64,000 nt of DNA from contig JBITNC010000001.1 in the NCBI GenBank assembly GCA_050084985.1, positions 158,782,001-158,846,000 on the forward strand. Direction: 5' to 3'. Below are positions 37,424 to 52,130 of this stretch, in pieces. Under the pieces are notes generated by a model, which searched no databases, was not told the DNA's origin, and was given only the letters and a program-made list of their open reading frames with translations. Both the position numbers and the translations under genes were made by a program. The stretch is from Nageia nagi. Lineage: Eukaryota > Plantae > Pinophyta. Numbering within the stretch: the first letter of the stretch is position 1; each line of letters opens with the position of its first letter.

Positions 37424-40400
37424 AAAAGTATCACAAATAAAATATTTCCTGAGTCTCTCCAATGCATGCATGATGACCAATATCTCCTTGCCATATATAC
37501 TAAAATTATATTTTGCATTAGTAAGTTTCTTGCTTTCAAATTCTATTGGCTATCCTTTTTTACATAAGTACAACCCTAACCTCAAGCTTAAATGCATCAC
37601 ACTCAACATTAAAAGGAACTAAAAAATCAGGAATACACAAGTAAGGGTAGGAACAAAAAAGCCTTTTTGGGAATCTCAAAGGCATCTTAAGCATGCTCAC
37701 TCCATACGAATGCATCATTCTTAGTCAGTTGTGTTAAAGGAGAAGCCAAGTGTGAAAAACCATGTATGAACTTTTTATTGTAATTACATAACCCCAAAAA
37801 TGCTCTCAATTGTGTCAAAGCGGTAGGCACCATCTATTCTTGGATTGTTTCAATTTTTTCTCATCCACTCTAACTCCTTCATTGGTTGATTACATGCCCC
37901 AAATATAGAATTTCAATCATGCCAAACTCACAATTGGATTGTTTTGCATTAAATTTCTATTTGTGCAAAATGCTCAAAATGTGGTCCAAGTGTAAGAAGT
38001 GCTCCTCCCACATTTTGCAATACACCAATATATCATAAAAAGAAACCAACACAAAATTTCTTAGTTGTTTCTTAAAAACCTAATTCATGGCTAATTGAAA
38101 AGTTGCTAGTGCATTAGTTAATCCAAATGGAATTACTAGAAATTCAAAATGTCCATATTGGCATCTAAATGCAGTTTTATGAATATCATCCTCCTTCATC
38201 CTTATTTGATGATATATTGATCTCAAATAATTTTTCGAAAAATACCTAACTTCATGTAACTTATAAAAAATATCATCTACTCTAGGAATGGGGTACCTAT
38301 TTTTTATGGTCTTCTTATTGAGCATTCATTAGTCAATACACATCTACATAGTCCTATCCTTCATCTCGACCAACACCATCAAAGAAGAGAAAGGAATTAA
38401 GAGTGATCATATGAACCCCATGTATAGCAACTCCTTGATATTTTTTTCAATCTCATACTTGTAAACTTTCGAATGTTGGTAAGGAAATATCATGACCAAT
38501 TTTGAATCCTATTGAGGGTGGAAACCGTCTAGGTATATCTCTAAATACATCAAGGTACTTATCCAAGATACGTTGGATCTCTATTGGCTTTAATCTTGCT
38601 TCCTTAGTATGCAACTTAGGACATCCCTTTACTAGTATGAAGATACAATTCCACCCTAAATCCTCCTTACAAATTATAGAACTCATCTTCTTGGTTAAAA
38701 AAATCTGAGTGGTGGCCTCTAATCTGATACAAGATGCTCCTAATTTGAGTGACAACTTTTTTTCACTTCTTTTCTTTAGACCCAACAAAGTAACTAAGTA
38801 TTTAGTACTTTTGAATAGCACAGATCTAGACATTGGGGTCATGGTTGGTCCTTCCTCTCTAATGTCATATTTTCTCCATTTTACCACTTTATAACCAAAA
38901 AGATCTTGATAAAGCTAGAAGGTGATGCCTCTTTGGAACTCCTTTATGGTTCCCTAGTACATTTGGAGCAAAACTTTTATCTTTGGTACAATCTTGTGTG
39001 GTGGAATAGATCTGGGATCCTATGTATCCTCCCTCTTCTTGCTCATCTTGTCCTTATGCCATTAACCCAAATACCACAAGATCTTCTCCCTTTCTTCCTA
39101 ATGGATCTTATTATCTTCAAATTTTTGAAGTAACTAGAAAAAATCTACCTTCCTAAATTCTAATTTTTTCACTCTAAGTTTGGCTTTAATTTTTACAAGT
39201 ATCAGGATCTTCGGGTCTAATCTTTAGATTTGATACTCAACATAGAAATTAGCTAAAAACTATATTCAATTTAACCCTTAAGCATGCTATATTTGACCTA
39301 GGGCATAAAATATATGGAACAATAAGCTAGGAATTTCAACCATCACTCTATAAAAGGAATATCACTTAAATGCCCAACATCATGTACCAAGATTCAAGTA
39401 TGCTATGCCACATACATCCAGATATGCCAATATTACATTTAACAAGTAGAAACATACAAAATAGCTCAATGTGGGGAATATAGAAGCATGCATAACACAC
39501 AATGAGACTATTATTTGGATCCAAAGGTTCTATGGCTATATTAAGTATAAAAATAGTAAATGATATAATACTAGGCCTAAGGGATTAATGCTAGCCTTCA
39601 AGGATCCAACTAAGATACATGCAATGATGATATAGATACTAAAAATTGGGTAGAACAACCATGTCCTACAACCATTATGGATACTCACCAAAGGGCCACC
39701 TCACATACTATCTCTTGACAAAGAGATCAGGTGTGGTTCCAAAATTCCACTTGATGGATTCAAATATGAAAATTACTTATGGATGACTCATGGTAGGGCA
39801 TCCTCATTTACATGAACACACACCTCAACCATGTAATATACAAGGTAGCCTAAGCTTCTTACACTCTCCTTGTGCTCCATGTCCAAGGGTGCTTGACACT
39901 ACCAATTCTTTAATAGCTCTGAAGAGAAAGGGTTCAATATAAAATTCAATCTTTCTTATATATGAGGCTCCTTAGCCTTATATAGCTCTCCATTGGATCT
40001 ATATCTTACCTATCCAATCTCAACATTGACCTTTTGGAGCCCTATGATCTCAAGGGGTAAAGCATGCCCAACATGGGTACCCAGGGATCATAACTACTCA
40101 ATGCAAGGTCATAAGATGCCACACATGCCAATGTGAGATCCTAGGATACCACACATGCCAACAGAGTATCCAAGGTTAACATGGATCAAGGAGTCATGTA
40201 TGGGTGCAAGGGTGTCATCATGGGCAATTGTGGGGGTATAATAGTCTCCCCAAAGCTAGTGCATGTGTACAAGTGCTCCCAAATCCAACATTCGAACAAA
40301 CAGGTGTTTATCTGTGTACATTAAATAATAAATAAAATAACATTTACTATATTGGAAGGAAAATGTCCCTCATGGGGCTCACAAGTGAGTCCGATGGACC

Positions 40401-40650
40401 TTTATATTTCTATCCCAAAGAACTAGTAATAAATTTATGAGAAATTAAATATTTACAAAAAGGGAATCCCTAGGATTCTAAAATTACCTAATTTTTACAA
40501 AAAGGGAATGTTACTCTTTTGAACATTAGGATAATGCACCTTGTGTGGTTAGCTATGTGTCCCTTGGATTTTCTTTAAGAAAACAATCAAGGTCTTGAGA
40601 GCCTTATAGCTTGAGATCTCGATGGAGGCCTCCCAATGCCTCTCATTATA
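37424..40650 (-). mobile_element. Inverted copy of the gypsy element at 19082-22220 (LTR, RT, part of RNase H)
   Basis: ORF 38080-38325 ([10 protein letters not shown]...[27 protein letters not shown]). Colinear reverse-complement match. Confidence 0.9.
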
Positions 40651-40654
40651 CAAT

Positions 40655-42910
40655 CAAGGTATCTAAATTAACATTAAATATTATTTGAAGATAGTTTGTA
40701 ATGACCCTCCCAATTTTCTTTCTTAAGAATTGAATACCATCAAGGATTTGAATGTGACTAAGATTATTTAAGTTGTGAGATGAGTAATTTTGAGTCAATA
40801 TATATGCATTATTAATGTCAATTTGATGTTATCTTTGAGATTTTATGGCACATATAACAAGTTGATTTGATATGTGAAGTCAGGGTAAAGAACCAAGGGA
40901 CCAAGGGTGAGTTGGTTAGGGGAACGAATTGGTAAGAGTGAGGAAATTATTGGTGTTGATTCATTGATAAGTCCTAATGACCTTTGTAGATCATATAGAT
41001 GAATACCATAATTATTACATATAATATTTGATTTCAATATTGTATGTGTGTGTGTTTGCACTAATAAATTTACCTTGCAAGGTGAAGGGTCACCATAGGT
41101 AAAAATGAGTGCTAAACATTTGATGTTCATTCTTTGAAATTTATTGACTATTTTCAAATGAGGTATTTGAATTAAATTTTTCACCTTATGATTTTAGTAA
41201 AATTGGGTGAAATTAAAATTTATAGTTAAAAGGATTATTTATCATGTTGTGGAGGTTACAAGGGTATTCTAGGATTTTATGAAAATAATGGATATGGGAT
41301 CCCCACACAAAGTGTTTTCTTGTGTTAGGTGCATAAAATAATTATGGATATTTTTTAACCTAATATAAAGGGTCCAAATTATTTTATATGACACCACACT
41401 TGCCAAAAACATTATTTAAGGCCTACCACAAAAAAAATAAAATACCTACACCATCCAAACGAAAATTGTTGAGTTTGATGAGTAAAAAACATTTTTCAAA
41501 ATATTATAGCAACCTATAGCTATAAATACTTGGGGAACCCTTAGGAAAGGGGGGAATCATCATATATTATTATTTTTTTCTCTTTTTCCTAGAGCCCTTT
41601 AGAGAAAGGAATCCTCTCCTCTCAAGCCTAGGTGCTCTCCCTTGCATTTTAGATATTAATGTTAAAATTCCTAAATAAGTTATGAATTTATTTGATATTA
41701 TTGTAGTATGTTTTGAATAAATATATGCTTGATAAAGGATTATGAACATATTATTGAAAATAATTATTGGTAATAGTCTTACACTTGTTGTACCTTGAAA
41801 AGGCATATCATTTGTTTTATTTGATATTCTTACATGTGAAGGTTTTGTACTCCTTGTCCCTTTATAGTTAAAGAGGGGTAAAGTTTATTATTTAAAATCA
41901 ATTTGCTTGGTTGGGAAGTATAGAGTACCAATTTTCATGTGGCATATCAATTAATTATATTATTAGAAAATACTATTCATTGAATGTCCTATGCCATGAA
42001 AGGCCACAGGGATTCTGTGTTGATGAAGATCATGAATCTTCCATTATCTTTTCACCTCACTTGCAAGCCCTCCTAACAAAAACCCTATGTGTGTATTTTG
42101 ATTCCATGGGATGGCATCGTAGGGAGATATTGTGAATAGTTGAATAATATACTTTCCTTGTGCATTTATCAACACATTGTTCTCATGGTATGGAGCTGAA
42201 ATAAAGTATTTTTCTTAGTCAAAATATAGATCAATATGGAGCCTTCATCCTAAGTCTAGTTCCCACTCATTTTGTTCATGAAATAGCATAGCAATGGGAT
42301 AGATGTAAGGCCTCATAAACCTTTTCCATGCATCCATTTTTTTGTATTTCCTATTATCATCTTAGCCCATGGACAGGTTACTCTAGTGGAGGCATCCATC
42401 ATCTCTATGCTTTGCATATTGGGTAATTGTAACACTCCATGAGTTCGCAAGTGATGCAATAGTCAATGATTTTGTACTCAATCCAATATCAGCTCATGAT
42501 ATAGGGATACATATCTCAAGATATCTATTACAAGAATCCCCAACATTCCATTTATTATATATATATGGTGATCATTACACGTTGTGAGTCCATTTTTGAG
42601 GAGACCTTCATTTGAATAGTTTACAACCCATTCTAAGGTATTTCTCTTATACACAACATGCTGTACATGAAGTCACTTACCAATAAATTGTACTAATCCC
42701 CTTAACCTAATCAGTATGGCCATACTCAGTGCTTGGGAGGTGTCATGGCAAACTACTCACTAATTCTTACAATACAAGACTACACTTTTATTGAAATGCT
42801 CTCGCAAACCATTCATTATGGCATAAGCCTACATGTTGATAATGTTTTATTGACATTATACAAAACCTTGACATATTTTAATTGCTTATTATGTTTTGGT
42901 GAGGTATTTC
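40655..42910. repeat. Inverted duplicate of 3291-5560
   Basis: ORFs 40843-41184 and 41570-41806 mirror 5117-5329 and 4392-4604. Homology extends ~40 bp past the element terminus. Confidence 0.9.
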
Positions 42911-43269
42911 AAGACTCACACATATGGATTTTGCATACTTGAACTTATAGTACTTATAGAATACAAATTTAAAAATTTAAGAGAGATTGTAAACATCATA
43001 ACAAAAATTATGAGATAACAAATTACCCTAGAGAAACCAAATGTGGGAAAAACTCTAGACAAAAATCTCTATTATATTATGAAGAGGTAAGTAAAATGGT
43101 GGCCTTACTCCAAAATGTCATTAATAGGAACAAACACAAGGCCTCTAAGAATCTAATGGACTTGCTTTTGGTGCTCTTAATACTCAAGAAACAAGCTAAC
43201 AATATCTTTGCTTAAGTCCCTACTTTTGATGCTCTCAATACTCAAGGATTAGACCTTCAAATGATCCTC

Positions 43270-44470
43270 ACTACTCAAGTCCCTATCAAGATTGTTGTTC
43301 TTTTGTTGCAAAGAGTATCTAGAAATCTTGGGAAGCCCTCAAACCATGGCTTTAGTGGAATGGGAAGAAGGTTTCATCAGGAGCTTCTTTTTCTTCACTG
43401 AATGTTTAGTCATCTCCTATTCTCAAATTTGATGGATTTCCTTTGGAAAATATTCAGTAGGTAAGAGCCCTTTGCTTTCATAGGAATGAAATTGGCACTT
43501 ACCAAAAGTTTTTTGATTTTTAGACCAAGCATTGGTTACCTTAGGATCAATTTTGCAGTAATTTTTTTGTCAGAAGATGATAAAGCTACCTTTGATGTCA
43601 TCCTTCAAAAAATCCCATTTTTTCTTTGGAGGAAACTAAATGAAATTTTCATAATCCCTCATGGGATGATTGGCATTGGCCTAAGAATATCCATATTTAG
43701 AAGTTTAAAATCAAATTAGACTATCTTTAGTTATCTCCTAATGTCCCTATATTTAAGCATTTGAAAAATTGTTAGATATTATTTCCACCCAGTTTAGATG
43801 GAGTTTAAGATTTTTTATAATTTGGGCCAAATACCTTGACCCTAAATAAAGTTTTTTTTCATAGACTCTATTACATCAAGGCTTACTATTGGATACAAGC
43901 TTCAATGATTAGGGGTGGCCAACCTAATCTGTGTTTTCTATGGGGAAACTGATAGCTTCACTTGTGTCTTTTGGTCTTGTTCTAAAGCTTTAAGTGCTTG
44001 GAGTTGGATTCTTTCCTTCCTTTGGCCTTTTATGGTTACTCCCTATTCTTGTGTTCATGTGTTATTAGGAGACCCTATTCAGTTCATTGAACCCTTGGTG
44101 GAAATTTGGCATATTTTTTAACTTAAAATTTTATATCATCTTTGTAAGGTTAGGAATGATATTATTTTTCTCAATAGGTAGCTTCATCTTCATTTTCTTT
44201 AATGAAAAAATATAATATTTTCTACAAATGTTGGCTAGAGATTATTATTCAAGTTGAGAAAGTGAACATAGAGGTTCAACATCTACAGAAATTACTTCAT
44301 TATTAGGGGAGTGCACCTTGATCCATCTCTCAGGTTCCTCTAGAATGAATTCTTACTTAGAGTTAGTTTAAAGGGGATTCTATTTGGTTTATTTGTTGTG
44401 CTTTCTCACAAGGTGTGCTTAATTTGACTTGTCCCTTTTTTTGTTTGAAAGAGATTTTATATTAATTGAA
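43270..44470 (+). mobile_element. LINE 3' fragment (zf-RVT)
   Basis: LHQGL...ANLICVFYGETDSFTCVFWSCSKALSAWSWI zinc-binding motif. Confidence 0.65.
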
Positions 44471-44774
44471 AGGTCTTTTTCATTCAAAATAAATAAATGT
44501 TGACTTATTAATTTGATAAAATATTTTTTATCTTAATCTAAATTTTAGAATTAAAAAATTAACATTTGTGATAGAATTCAAATTAATATTGTAGATAATA
44601 TAAGGTGCAAAACTTTCTAGCGAGGAGAGTGGATATCCCTAATAAAATAAATAGTCAACTATGGTTTAAATTTTGTAGGTTATTATGTGCATCGATGTTG
44701 TTGGATTTGTAATATATCTTAATCATTGGTTTTTGGGTGTATGGTATTTAGTCAATAATATTATAATATTATTT

Positions 44775-46650
44775 TTTAAAATTTACTTCTAATGATAGAA
44801 GATTTTTATATAAGTAGAATGCAAAGTTTTTTGATAGTGTGGGTTGTGAGATGTGGGTTTATTGAAGCTCATCATGATTGATAAAGACATCTCATCATGT
44901 GCAATTTGTTACAAATATTTAGTTAATACATGATATCATAGGAAAATATTGTATGATCAAGTTAGATTATATTGTTATATAATCAAGAGGTTATAAACAC
45001 CAATAATTATATGAGTTAGGCATTAGTTTGCACCTAACATTATTTTTGTGTTGTCTGATATTTGATTTTATTCTTACACTATTTTTGGTTATACACATTC
45101 ATAGGAGTTGGGAGAAGTGGTGATAGATATGGTAAAGAAGAGGGTTATTTTTACTTTAGGCTAGCTCTATTGGTGCAAACTTGTTTAGAATCATATCATG
45201 TTGTATGAAGATTAAGATTAGAAATTAGCATGATCTTTCTAATATAGATGTGCATGAGAGCATATAATAGTAACACGACCTAATGATCTATATTATGATG
45301 CTCATGGAGAGGATTTAGATGTCCTTTTTGCATTGTAGTAGTAATAGAATAAGGAGGAATTCTAGCATATGAAGTACAAGTAACACTAAGAATATTAATA
45401 ACAATAATTAAATACTTTTAATATGGATTAAAATATATGACATACATATAGTGATTTGGTTAGTTGCATGGAGGATAAAGTACAATTATGATGGGTGTCA
45501 TAGGAGAGTTTGGTTCATGGTATATATACCTTTAAGAGCTTTATTTTTTTTGTATAGCCAATTTTGGATAATTTGAAATTCAACATGGGGAACAACAAGT
45601 ATCTATTATTTATAGTTGAGCAATAAAGGATGGACATCCTTAGGTGTAATATATAGAAGTTAGGGAGGATTACATGCCTTTATTCAAATCCTAGGATAAA
45701 ATGATGTTATACTACATTAAAATATGAATACATGGTTCAAGGATTATATGGATACATTAACTTTCATAACCAACACCAACAACTCTCTTCCCATTCTAAA
45801 TTTTAACAAGCAATATTATGATTGTTAGAGTATAAATATGAGAACATTGTTAATTAAAGAATATCTTTGAGATGTGATAGATATTGGTTATGATGAGCTA
45901 ATTCATAGAGCACATTAAGAGTAGTTAATAGGATAATAAAGAAGAAATTTGAGAAGAAGAACCCATTGGACCTATACCATATTAAATTCCTCCCTAGAAA
46001 AAAGTTTATTTATATGCATTATTTTGCAACCTCAGCCAAAAAGGCTAGAAAGTATTTACAAGAGGTAACTTACTAAGGTAGTGATATAATCAAGAGTTGT
46101 AAACCCTAATTTAATGGATTTCAATAACTTAAGATGAAAAGGTTGAAAAAATAATTAACTATTATGTTAGAGTGAAATATGTAATGAACAAAGTAGCCAA
46201 ATTTGAAGAGATTGAATATAAGACTATTGTAAATAAGACACTTAGAAATCTAAAACCCAAGTGGAATTATATTGAATCATCATTAAGTAAAGTAAATATT
46301 TTTATACTCTACTATTTTGATGACCTTATTAGTTTTATTTTGTCATGTGAAGAGAGGCTAAAGGAAAACTTTGCATAGAACAATGAAAAATATTTGCTTC
46401 CAATATGAGAATTTCCATGAAGGGGTAAGTGGTTAAGGAGAAACACAAGGTTGTAATTAAAATTCTAATAAAGGGAGAGAATATATTTACTACCAATAGA
46501 ATACAAGGAAATATAAATAAACGAGGGTTTCAAACTACAATTATCAAAGGAGAAGATGCATTGCTAGAGATTCTAGATACAAGGCTACAAATAAAGGTAG
46601 GAAATCTAACTATGCCCATGAAAATTAAGATGCTCAATAAGACCAATAAA
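44775..46650 (+). mobile_element. Ty1/copia fragment (gag), paralog of 24445-27470 without the solo LTR
   Basis: NNLKMKKVEKIINYYVRVKYVMNKVAKFEEIEYKTIVNKTLRNLKPKWNYI...FDDLISFILSCEERL, copia gag-like. Confidence 0.75.
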
Positions 46651-46779
46651 TTTGATTATATCTCATAACATGAGTAATATAACTCATTAGAAGTTTTGTA
46701 TTTGAATTTTAGCTACCCTCTTCACATTATTATAATAAAGGAGTTATTTTCTAATATGAATTATTTATAAATTTTGGTT

Positions 46780-49700
46780 GCCTATGGTATTCCAAGACTC
46801 ACCATATATGAACTTCCCACTCCATATTCAAGTACTTACAAAATACAAATTTAAAGAGATAAGAGAGATATTAAATATTACCAAAAATATTATGAGAAAA
46901 TAATGTACCTTAGATATACCCAATGTGAGAAAAACTCTAACCAAAAATCTCCACTATGTGATGAAGAGGTGATACAAATGGACACCTTCCTCCAAAGCTC
47001 TCCAAAATGCTATTGATAGAATGATATTAATGGCCTCCAACACTCCAATGGAATTTCCTTATCAATGATCTCAATACGCAAGCAATAAGGTCACAATCTC
47101 TCTTTTAATAATTTTCATATCACACTTACATAGAATTTTATGATTTTATATGCTCTCATTAACATACCATAAATTTTATCTATTTCCCTTTAAGAAATAG
47201 GATATATTAGTTATTGACCAAGAATTGGACAAGGTTCATTTTAATACCCCCTTACCTTAAATTATTTTATATAAACAAAGGTAAATCTAATTTGTACGAT
47301 TGGAAAATTTGAGGGAATAGGTATCAAAATGATGAAAAATTAAAATAAAAGTTCAAAAATATATGAAAAAAAGTAGATTTAAAGTTTCATATTTTTTACG
47401 AATTTATTCAATAGTACGATGCAACCAAATGATTGAAATATGTAGAAGACAAATACAACATATTAACAAAATAATAACTTTTTTAAAAAATAATTTTAAA
47501 TATAAACATTTAAAAATATATATTTTTAAAAAACCATGTAATGGAGATGATACAATTGTGCAAGGAAGATACAAGCAAGAGAATAAGCTTAACTCAGATT
47601 TGTGTAAGTCAAGAAGAGGAAAGGACTATACGAATACAAAAACATGTGTTATGTCTACTAGATAGCACAAGGAGGACCCTCTAATCTATTTGAAGTGTCT
47701 TAACTTTGCATAATCTTTAGAGCTGCTACATTGTTAATGCCCATTTCAAAAGAAAGAGGGCTATTGTATTTTCTTATGGATCATATGAGGAAAGGGGCTT
47801 CACTCAAATACCAATATGTATGAAAAGCTTCTTATATCTACAGGGATCCTTAAAATTTTGGCATAGGCAATACTAAAAGAAAATCATTGCTTCATTAGCC
47901 TAGTGAGCTTCTTTGATTTGTGGGGGGAACCTTGGGATTTTGGTGTAGGCCATTATCTATAAACATTATCTAGCTATAATGATCTAGAGTAGCTATCTTT
48001 TATGGCATAGTAGAACTCCAACAAAGAGTGCCAAAAAGGATGATCCTAAGAGTTTAGGCTCATAAGCTAGAAAATGAATCATGGAGTATATATTTAAAAT
48101 GATGTATAAGGATTATATTTCAAGTTGTATGGGGTGTTAGAGGGTATAGAGATGTAGGGATCCAACCAAGCTCTTTTGTTGCATTTTATATATGTACAAA
48201 ATGATTTATTGGGATAGAAGACTATAGCACTATCAAGATTAATCATATAGATAAATCTAGAATGAAGAAGAGTCTCATTTTCAAATAGCATAAGCTATTA
48301 CAGGGCATGAGGATATTAGGCTTAAACAAACCTCCTCTTCAACATTTTCTAGGTTTATAGTGAAATGATTTTTCAAAATAGTTATATGGGGTCATGCAAA
48401 GACTCTATGAAAATGAATCATTTTAGAATGTTTTTTTATTACTAGTAATATTATTAGCTATGATGTGTTACATTTTTTTAATATTTATTATTGTTGATAT
48501 ATTACATGCTATGTTTTATGATCCTTACTAATGTTATATTTTGCATTGAAGTATTGATGTATGTTTTGTTTTGATGTATACTTTGTTTTGTATATTATGT
48601 ATGTTATGTTTTGTACTGTGGTAAAAATTAATTTATACTATACTATCTAACTCACAAATGCTTATTCATGAAATCTTTATAAATACAAAGTACAACCTCA
48701 TGGAGGCTTCACAAAATTTCTCTCATGCGCTATGGAATGGACTATGTGTCTATCATTTTTCCACTTTCCACAAGCTCCCCTTTATAATTTTCATGTGGCT
48801 TAAAATGGACAAAATTGTTACAACAAAATATTCTTATCTTGTGAATTACTTATCTTCATATCCAACTTCACAATATTACTTATTTCCCTTTTCGCATTTA
48901 GTTTGATCAACATTTAATTTAAGGAGGTTTGTTTTGGATAATAGTAATTAAAGATAACTATTATCTATCTTCTTTTTTATTTTCTTCCTCAAAATACCTA
49001 AAATAGGCCCTTATAAAATGTATGGGAAATTACATAGGCTTGAATGACATCTATCGTATCTTCAATAAATAACAAATAAAATAATATTCAAAAATACACA
49101 ACTCCTCAATGTGAAGGGAGACTCCAATAATATGTTACCATGTGGAAGTCAAAAACACAAAGTGGAAGAAAAATAAGGTGTTGCAAGTAGTTTAAGCTTC
49201 CAATAAAGCTATTATGCCCCTTCATGACCTTGCCTTTATGCATGTTGTAATGGATCCACATGGTGAGGTATTCAAACCCCTTACATATAGGTTTCCCATG
49301 TTGATTTCTCTACACCATCTCCACATGGCCTCCTACAGTCATCTCCTTTATGCGTATCATCCACATCATTATCCAGTGCATCCTTTAATGCCTCATTCAC
49401 TAGTAATTGGTAGGTATTTTGTAAATGAGTGGGTCCCTCTTGGATATGATGACATAGATCTCACATTCTACACAAAAGTTGGTAGGTCCATCTACTTAAT
49501 GCACCTATCCTTCTTCACCATTGGTCATCCATGTGGATATTTGCTCCACTATGTTATTTTTATATTTTGAATTGCAAGATATTTTTTAAAACCTTTTGAC
49601 ATAAATAAAATTAGTAAAACTTAAAACCTATATAAAAATCACTTCAAACATCAAATTTTGAAACCATCAAAGTTTCGAAAAAGCTATAGGAGAGGTTTTA

Positions 49701-52130
49701 AATACAAAAGTATAGAATCAAATTTTTGGTAACTTTTATTTTTTTGAAATAATTCCCATGTCAGATCACATCTCCCTTTGTATGTGATTTTGGTCCCGTA
49801 AAAGCCTTAAGATTCAAATTATGAGGAAAACCAAATCCTCAAATCAAATCCAAAATTATACCTCTTCTTGAAATCATTCTATCTTTTGCTCATGCTCTTA
49901 ACTTATAGCTTTTCAAATTATATTTGAGTATGCCTTTTTTATGTTATCTTCGGGTCTTCTTTGGATCTATCTTATCCCACATGGTATTTTTCCACTAGAA
50001 TCTCTCTTAATTCTACCTCTAAATAATCTCAATTTACCACATTCAATGGATATAACATCAAAATATCTGATTTCATACTCTAGGCACAACTTTGAATTCC
50101 AATTTCCATTTCTCATTGTTAAATTGAATAGGATTTTAATATCAATGTGATTCATAAAGTGTAGTTTCCTATGGCATTCTGAGACTCACTACATATGGAT
50201 TTTGAATACTTGAACTTATGGTACTTATGGAATAACAAATTTAAAAAGTTAAGAGAGATTTTAAACATCATCACAAAAATTATGAAATAATAATTTGAGC
50301 TTAGAGAAATCAAATGTGGGAAAAATTCTAGCCAAAAATCTCTACTATATTATGAAGAGGAGAGTTAAATAGTGGCCTTCCTTCAAAATGCCACTAATAG
50401 GAACAAACACATGGTATTTAAAAGTCCAATAGATTTGCTTTTAATACTGTCAATACTCAAGAAACAAGCTTACAATATCTCTTACAATAATTCTTATATC
50501 ACACTTGCATAGAATCTTACAATTTCTTATGCTTTTTGCATTAAGATAACATAATTATCTATGTTCCTTTAATAAATAGGCTCTCTAAATTCTCCACCAA
50601 TAATTAGCTATCTTCCTCTCAAGAATTTGTTCTTCTTATTGGAATGTATGTGTGTCTACTTTACAAGTTGATGGATTCTCTCTACACTCAACTCTTTATG
50701 GAGATCTCAACACACTATAGAGTACTACACAAATTACCCACTTACAAATGCTTTTTCATGGAGTAGTTGCAAATACAAACTCCATGACCATATAGGCTTC
50801 TTAAAATATCTCTCATGCACTATATCATGGCTTTTGTGTATGTCATTTTTCCACTCTCCATAAGCTCCCTTTTATAATTTTTAAGGGGATTAAAATGGAA
50901 AAAATGGTTACAATAAAATATTCCTCTCCTATGAATTATTTATCCTAATCACCAACTACACAATTTGACTTATATCCCTTTTAGCATTTAGCTTTATCAA
51001 CATTTAATTTGATAAGGTTTTTTTTGGATAGTAGTAATAAAATATAATTATTATCTATCTACTCTTTTATCTTCTTTCTCAAAATAAGTTAAAATATTCA
51101 TCTAGAAAATATTTGGGAAATTACATAAGCTTGAATGACATCTACATGTTTTATAATAAATAAAAAATAAAATAACATTCAAAAATACCCCAACTCCTTA
51201 TTAAAAGGGATGGATTCAATGATATGCTACCATGTGGCATTTAAAAATGTAAAAAAGGAAGTCAAACAGGTGTTAAAAGTAGTATGTGCTTCCAATAGAG
51301 TTGTTATACTCCTTCATGACATCAACTTTGTATAGACTATAATGGCTCCATATAAGTAGGGTCTTCAAAATCCTCATGTGCATTTTCTCATGTTGAGTCT
51401 AATAAATCATCTCCACATGGCCTTCATTGTAGATCATCTCCTTTATGTACATCATTCACATCATTAGCCATGAACATCCTTCAACTCCATGTTTGTTGCT
51501 AATTAATAACTCTTTTCCAAACATATGGGTCTATATTGGCTATGCTAATATGGATATTATATTTTTACATGGATGCTAGTAATTCCATCTACTCCATGCA
51601 CTTGTACTTCTCCTCCATTGGTCATCTATATATATATATATATAATCCACTTCAAGCATCACATTTTGAAACTGTCAAAGGTTTCAAGAAGCTAGAAGAG
51701 AGGTCTTCAACATGAAAATATAAAATCACATTTTTACAAATTTCTATTTTGTGATCAAATTCCCATTTTAGATGATTACCATGATCCATAAAATTTACTT
51801 TCTTATGGTATTGCGAGTCTCACCATATACAAATTTCTCACACTTATACTTCAAGTACTTGTGAAATACAAATTCAAAGAGTTAATAGAGATAGTAAATA
51901 GCATCATGAAAATTATGAGGCAACAATTTACGATGGATAAACCCAATGTGGGAAAAAAAATCCAACCATAAATCTCCACTTTATGATGAAGATGTAAGTA
52001 TAATGGTGGCCTTACTCCAAATGAATCTTTAAAATGATATTGATATGAATAAACTCAAGGCCTCCAACATTCTAATGGACTTGTCTTGCTGATTATCTCA
52101 ATATTCAAGAAACAATCTCACAATATCTTT
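46780..52130. repeat. Head-to-tail array of a diverged ~2.1-kb non-coding unit (family R)
   Basis: Landmark TATGG.ATT..GAGACTCAC at ~46784, 50171 and 51803. Landmark AATTT...AGGTTT.TTTTGGATA.TAGTAAT at ~48916 and 51006. A ~1.4-kb insert lies at ~47230-48640. Confidence 0.75.
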
